NCBI GenBank assembly: GCA_037245165.1
Contig: JAXWVI010000033.1
Location: 54,796 to 78,795 of the forward strand
Length of the DNA stretch: 24,000 nucleotides
Source: a bacterium
GTDB taxonomy: Bacteria; Bacillota; Clostridia; Oscillospirales; Oscillospiraceae
Direction of reading: 5' to 3'
The notes beneath the pieces are model-generated. The model was given only the letters and a program-made list of their open reading frames with translations, did no database searches and was not told the DNA's origin. The number at the start of each line of letters is the position of its first letter. Position 1 is the stretch's first letter. Of the stretch, positions 22,239 through 24,000 are shown piece after piece. The position numbers were made by a program, and so were the translations under genes.

Positions 22239-22580
22239 TCACTCGGATGCCGTCGCTTCCGCCTGCGGCGGCCTGCCGGTTGCCAGCCATGCTTTCCAGC
22301 ACGACTGGCAATCTTGTTCACAGCAGGAAAAGTCGCCAAGTTCGAGCGGGAACGGTGGACAGGCGCCGCAGATCAACTGTGCTATATGCTCCGCATCCAT
22401 GTTCGGTGCCCGGAGCATAACAAGCCCGGGGCAGTCTGATTTTGCCGGACATTCTCCCGGCCCCAGCACTAACTCAATGACGCGCTCCATCGCCTCGGCA
22501 AATGCCTTTCGAGGGATAGAACTGCGATACCGCTCCAGCACGGAACTGGTGATCTGGATGATCTCGTTGGACTTATTCAT
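22239..22580 (-). CDS. hypothetical Cys-rich protein (113 aa)
   Basis: Its start overlaps the upstream gene's stop (ATGAATAA at 22573..22580). It has seven Cys, including CGAC and CCEQDCQSC. Confidence 0.55.
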   Translation of the reverse strand: MNKSNEIIQITSSVLERYRSSIPRKAFAEAMERVIELVLGPGECPAKSDCPGLVMLRAPNMDAEHIAQLICGACPPFPLELGDFSCCEQDCQSCWKAWLATGRPPQAEATASE

Positions 22581-23151
22581 TCCTGTTTACCCCTTCTGTA
22601 TCCACAGGAACTGTTATGGCCGGCTTGAGCGGCCGCATCTCTTCATAGAGTTCCTGCCGGCGCTTTTCTGAAATGAGGTCCAACTGCCGGGCGAGGTCAA
22701 TAGAGCCGATGTGTGACCAGTACCACGCCAAGCGTGATGCCTCTGAAGCGCCCGGATTTTTGATGCTCCGGCTTGCCTCCTGCTGCATGGCAGCTAAGAG
22801 GGTTTCAATATTCGTTCCGTTCTCCGCCCACGCGCTGCCGCATGTGGGGCAGTATTGGAACGGCGGCAATGAGGCGTTACATACCGGACAGGGCTCACCC
22901 TCCTCCAATTGGTAAAGCACTACAGCATCTCCGGGATCTTCGTCCATCATATCCAGGCAACCGTTGCCGCCCATCGTCACCTCCGTACAGTCGAGGAGGA
23001 TGACATAGCGGCCGACCCAGCACTGCCGGTCTCCATAATGCAGAGTATCGGTGATCTCAGGGAGCGCCAATTTCCCGCGTTTCTTTTTGATGACAACGCA
23101 CGGGATGCCTTGGTAGTCATAGTCACGGTTAATGCTAATTCCGCGTTTCAT
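22573..23151 (-). CDS. hypothetical protein with central zinc ribbon (192 aa)
   Basis: GAGAGGAG SD. CPVC-(11 aa)-CPTC motif. Acidic patch MMDEDPGD. Confidence 0.65.
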   Translation of the reverse strand: MKRGISINRDYDYQGIPCVVIKKKRGKLALPEITDTLHYGDRQCWVGRYVILLDCTEVTMGGNGCLDMMDEDPGDAVVLYQLEEGEPCPVCNASLPPFQYCPTCGSAWAENGTNIETLLAAMQQEASRSIKNPGASEASRLAWYWSHIGSIDLARQLDLISEKRRQELYEEMRPLKPAITVPVDTEGVNRNE

Positions 23152-23295
23152 ACGATATTCTCCTCTCGTATAATAAGATTTGCAGACAATTTTAAGTGCA
23201 TTTGCTTAGTTCACTCAGAGAAGTCAGCAGGCTTTGAGATGCCCGTGACACAATAGCTGTAGGACAGCAGGGCCAAGCTCTATCATTCCTCGTTA

Positions 23296-23997
23296 TTACA
23301 TGGTGGCTGCCCGGCTGAGGAAGTAATCGTCCACTCCCTTATAGGCTGGGTTCCATGTATATTTGGAATAGCGTATGCCGGGGAGCTTCTGTACCTCCCG
23401 GCGCATGGTCTGAATGGCGCTGCGCACCTGCTGGTTGGTGTTCTGGTCCATGTCCATGGCCTCCACCACCTCCCGCACGTCAAGGGACCGCAGGGCTGCC
23501 GTCAGGCCGCCCAGGGCGTTGACGCCGCCGATACAGACGAAGAGGGCGTCGCCCGCCAGAAAACTGGCCACATCCCCTTTCAGCGGCCCTTCCGTCAGAA
23601 AGGCCCGCTTGCTGCTGGTGTCCCCGGTGATATGCACCCAGGAATAGCTTCGGGTGCCGCCTGGCATATTGCGGCTGGAAAGCCAGCGGTATTTCCGCTC
23701 GGGTTGCTCCTCTTGATCCAGGCGGATTTTCAAGCCCTGAATCAGCCCATTCTTGTCCCGGACTGGGATGAGAAATCCGTTGGGGCCGCTCAGGGTCCAC
23801 TCACCGTAATAGGTGCGGAAACCCGGCAGACCCAGCAGGTCATGGCCGCCGGCGCGGAGCAGGGAGGCAAGTAACCGCCGTCCCCGGTCCGTCTCCGGCA
23901 TACTGCGGTATTGATTCTGCTCAATACGCGCTTCAGACAGCCCCCGCTCCAACAGGTTTTCCCTGTGCTTGGGGAGCAGCGTCAGATAATCCAGCAT
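23296..23997 (-). CDS. Toprim / DUF3854-like domain protein (primase-associated in conjugative elements); may extend beyond the window
   Basis: GFLIPVRDKNGLIQGLKIRLD...KYRWLSS...FLTEGPLKGDVASFL...VVEAMDMD resembles the Toprim-like DUF3854 pattern (IPV.D..G...G.QIR...KY.W.SS...ITEG.LKA). The listed Met is 3 nt from the window edge. Confidence 0.6.
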   Translation of the reverse strand: MLDYLTLLPKHRENLLERGLSEARIEQNQYRSMPETDRGRRLLASLLRAGGHDLLGLPGFRTYYGEWTLSGPNGFLIPVRDKNGLIQGLKIRLDQEEQPERKYRWLSSRNMPGGTRSYSWVHITGDTSSKRAFLTEGPLKGDVASFLAGDALFVCIGGVNALGGLTAALRSLDVREVVEAMDMDQNTNQQVRSAIQTMRREVQKLPGIRYSKYTWNPAYKGVDDYFLSRAATM

Positions 23998-24000
23998 TTC

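Larger units (their letters stand above)
10652..24000. mobile_element. integrative (ICE/IME-like) element inserted next to tRNA-fMet; right end lies beyond the window
   Basis: It begins at a tRNA 3' end. It carries a tyrosine integrase, Xis-like HTH, small ORF and sigma-like regulator in the order of the Tn916 orf7-orf8-xis-int end. Composition is visibly AT-richer over 10.7-13.2 kb than in the flanking core. A Toprim/DUF3854-type protein and small zinc-ribbon ORFs, typical of Firmicutes conjugative elements, lie at 20.2-24 kb. Confidence 0.7.

Noticed and set aside
1-24000. CRISPR arrays, rRNA genes, IS elements with terminal inverted repeats
   Set aside because: I saw no regularly spaced direct repeats of 25-40 nt, no rRNA-like conserved blocks and no transposase ORFs anywhere in the window.

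Overview
High-GC, Clostridia-like chromosomal segment in two parts. (1) 1..10651 is a minus-strand housekeeping block: two tandem GH3 glycosidases, an AgrC-like kinase with a LytTR response regulator, a small Cys-rich protein, MgtE behind a long leader (possible M-box), a DUF3048-type lipoprotein, RF2 (prfB, no programmed frameshift), then a plus-strand tRNA-Leu(UAA) / initiator tRNA-fMet locus that also holds a truncated tRNA-fMet copy. (2) Directly after tRNA-fMet the sequence becomes visibly more AT-rich and an integrative element begins, running off the right edge. It opens with tyrosine integrase, excisionase-like HTH, a small protein and a sigma-70 region-4-like regulator, in the gene order of the Tn916 orf7/orf8/xis/int end. 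A cargo cassette follows (about 14.1-20.25 kb, closed at both ends by strong hairpin terminators), then a minus-strand operon of small Cys-rich/zinc-ribbon proteins ending in a Toprim/DUF3854-like protein. The main finding is in the cargo: a 943-953 aa protein that fuses an apparently catalytically intact ExoIII/APE-type (EEP) nuclease in frame to a complete group II intron-type reverse transcriptase (RT0-7 with YADD, maturase/X domain). It also has a degenerate HNH finger and an extra ~140 aa C-terminal domain. I could not recognise any group II ribozyme around it. Nuclease followed by RT is the domain order of eukaryotic non-LTR retrotransposons, and I do not recall it as a described bacterial RT class. 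The gene is flanked by ORF-free, structured DNA (415 bp upstream with three TGGAATAT boxes, 349 bp downstream), an orphan OmpR-type regulator, and a divergent DUF4317 / IreB-like pair. All calls rest on reading translations and motifs by eye; no database search was run.
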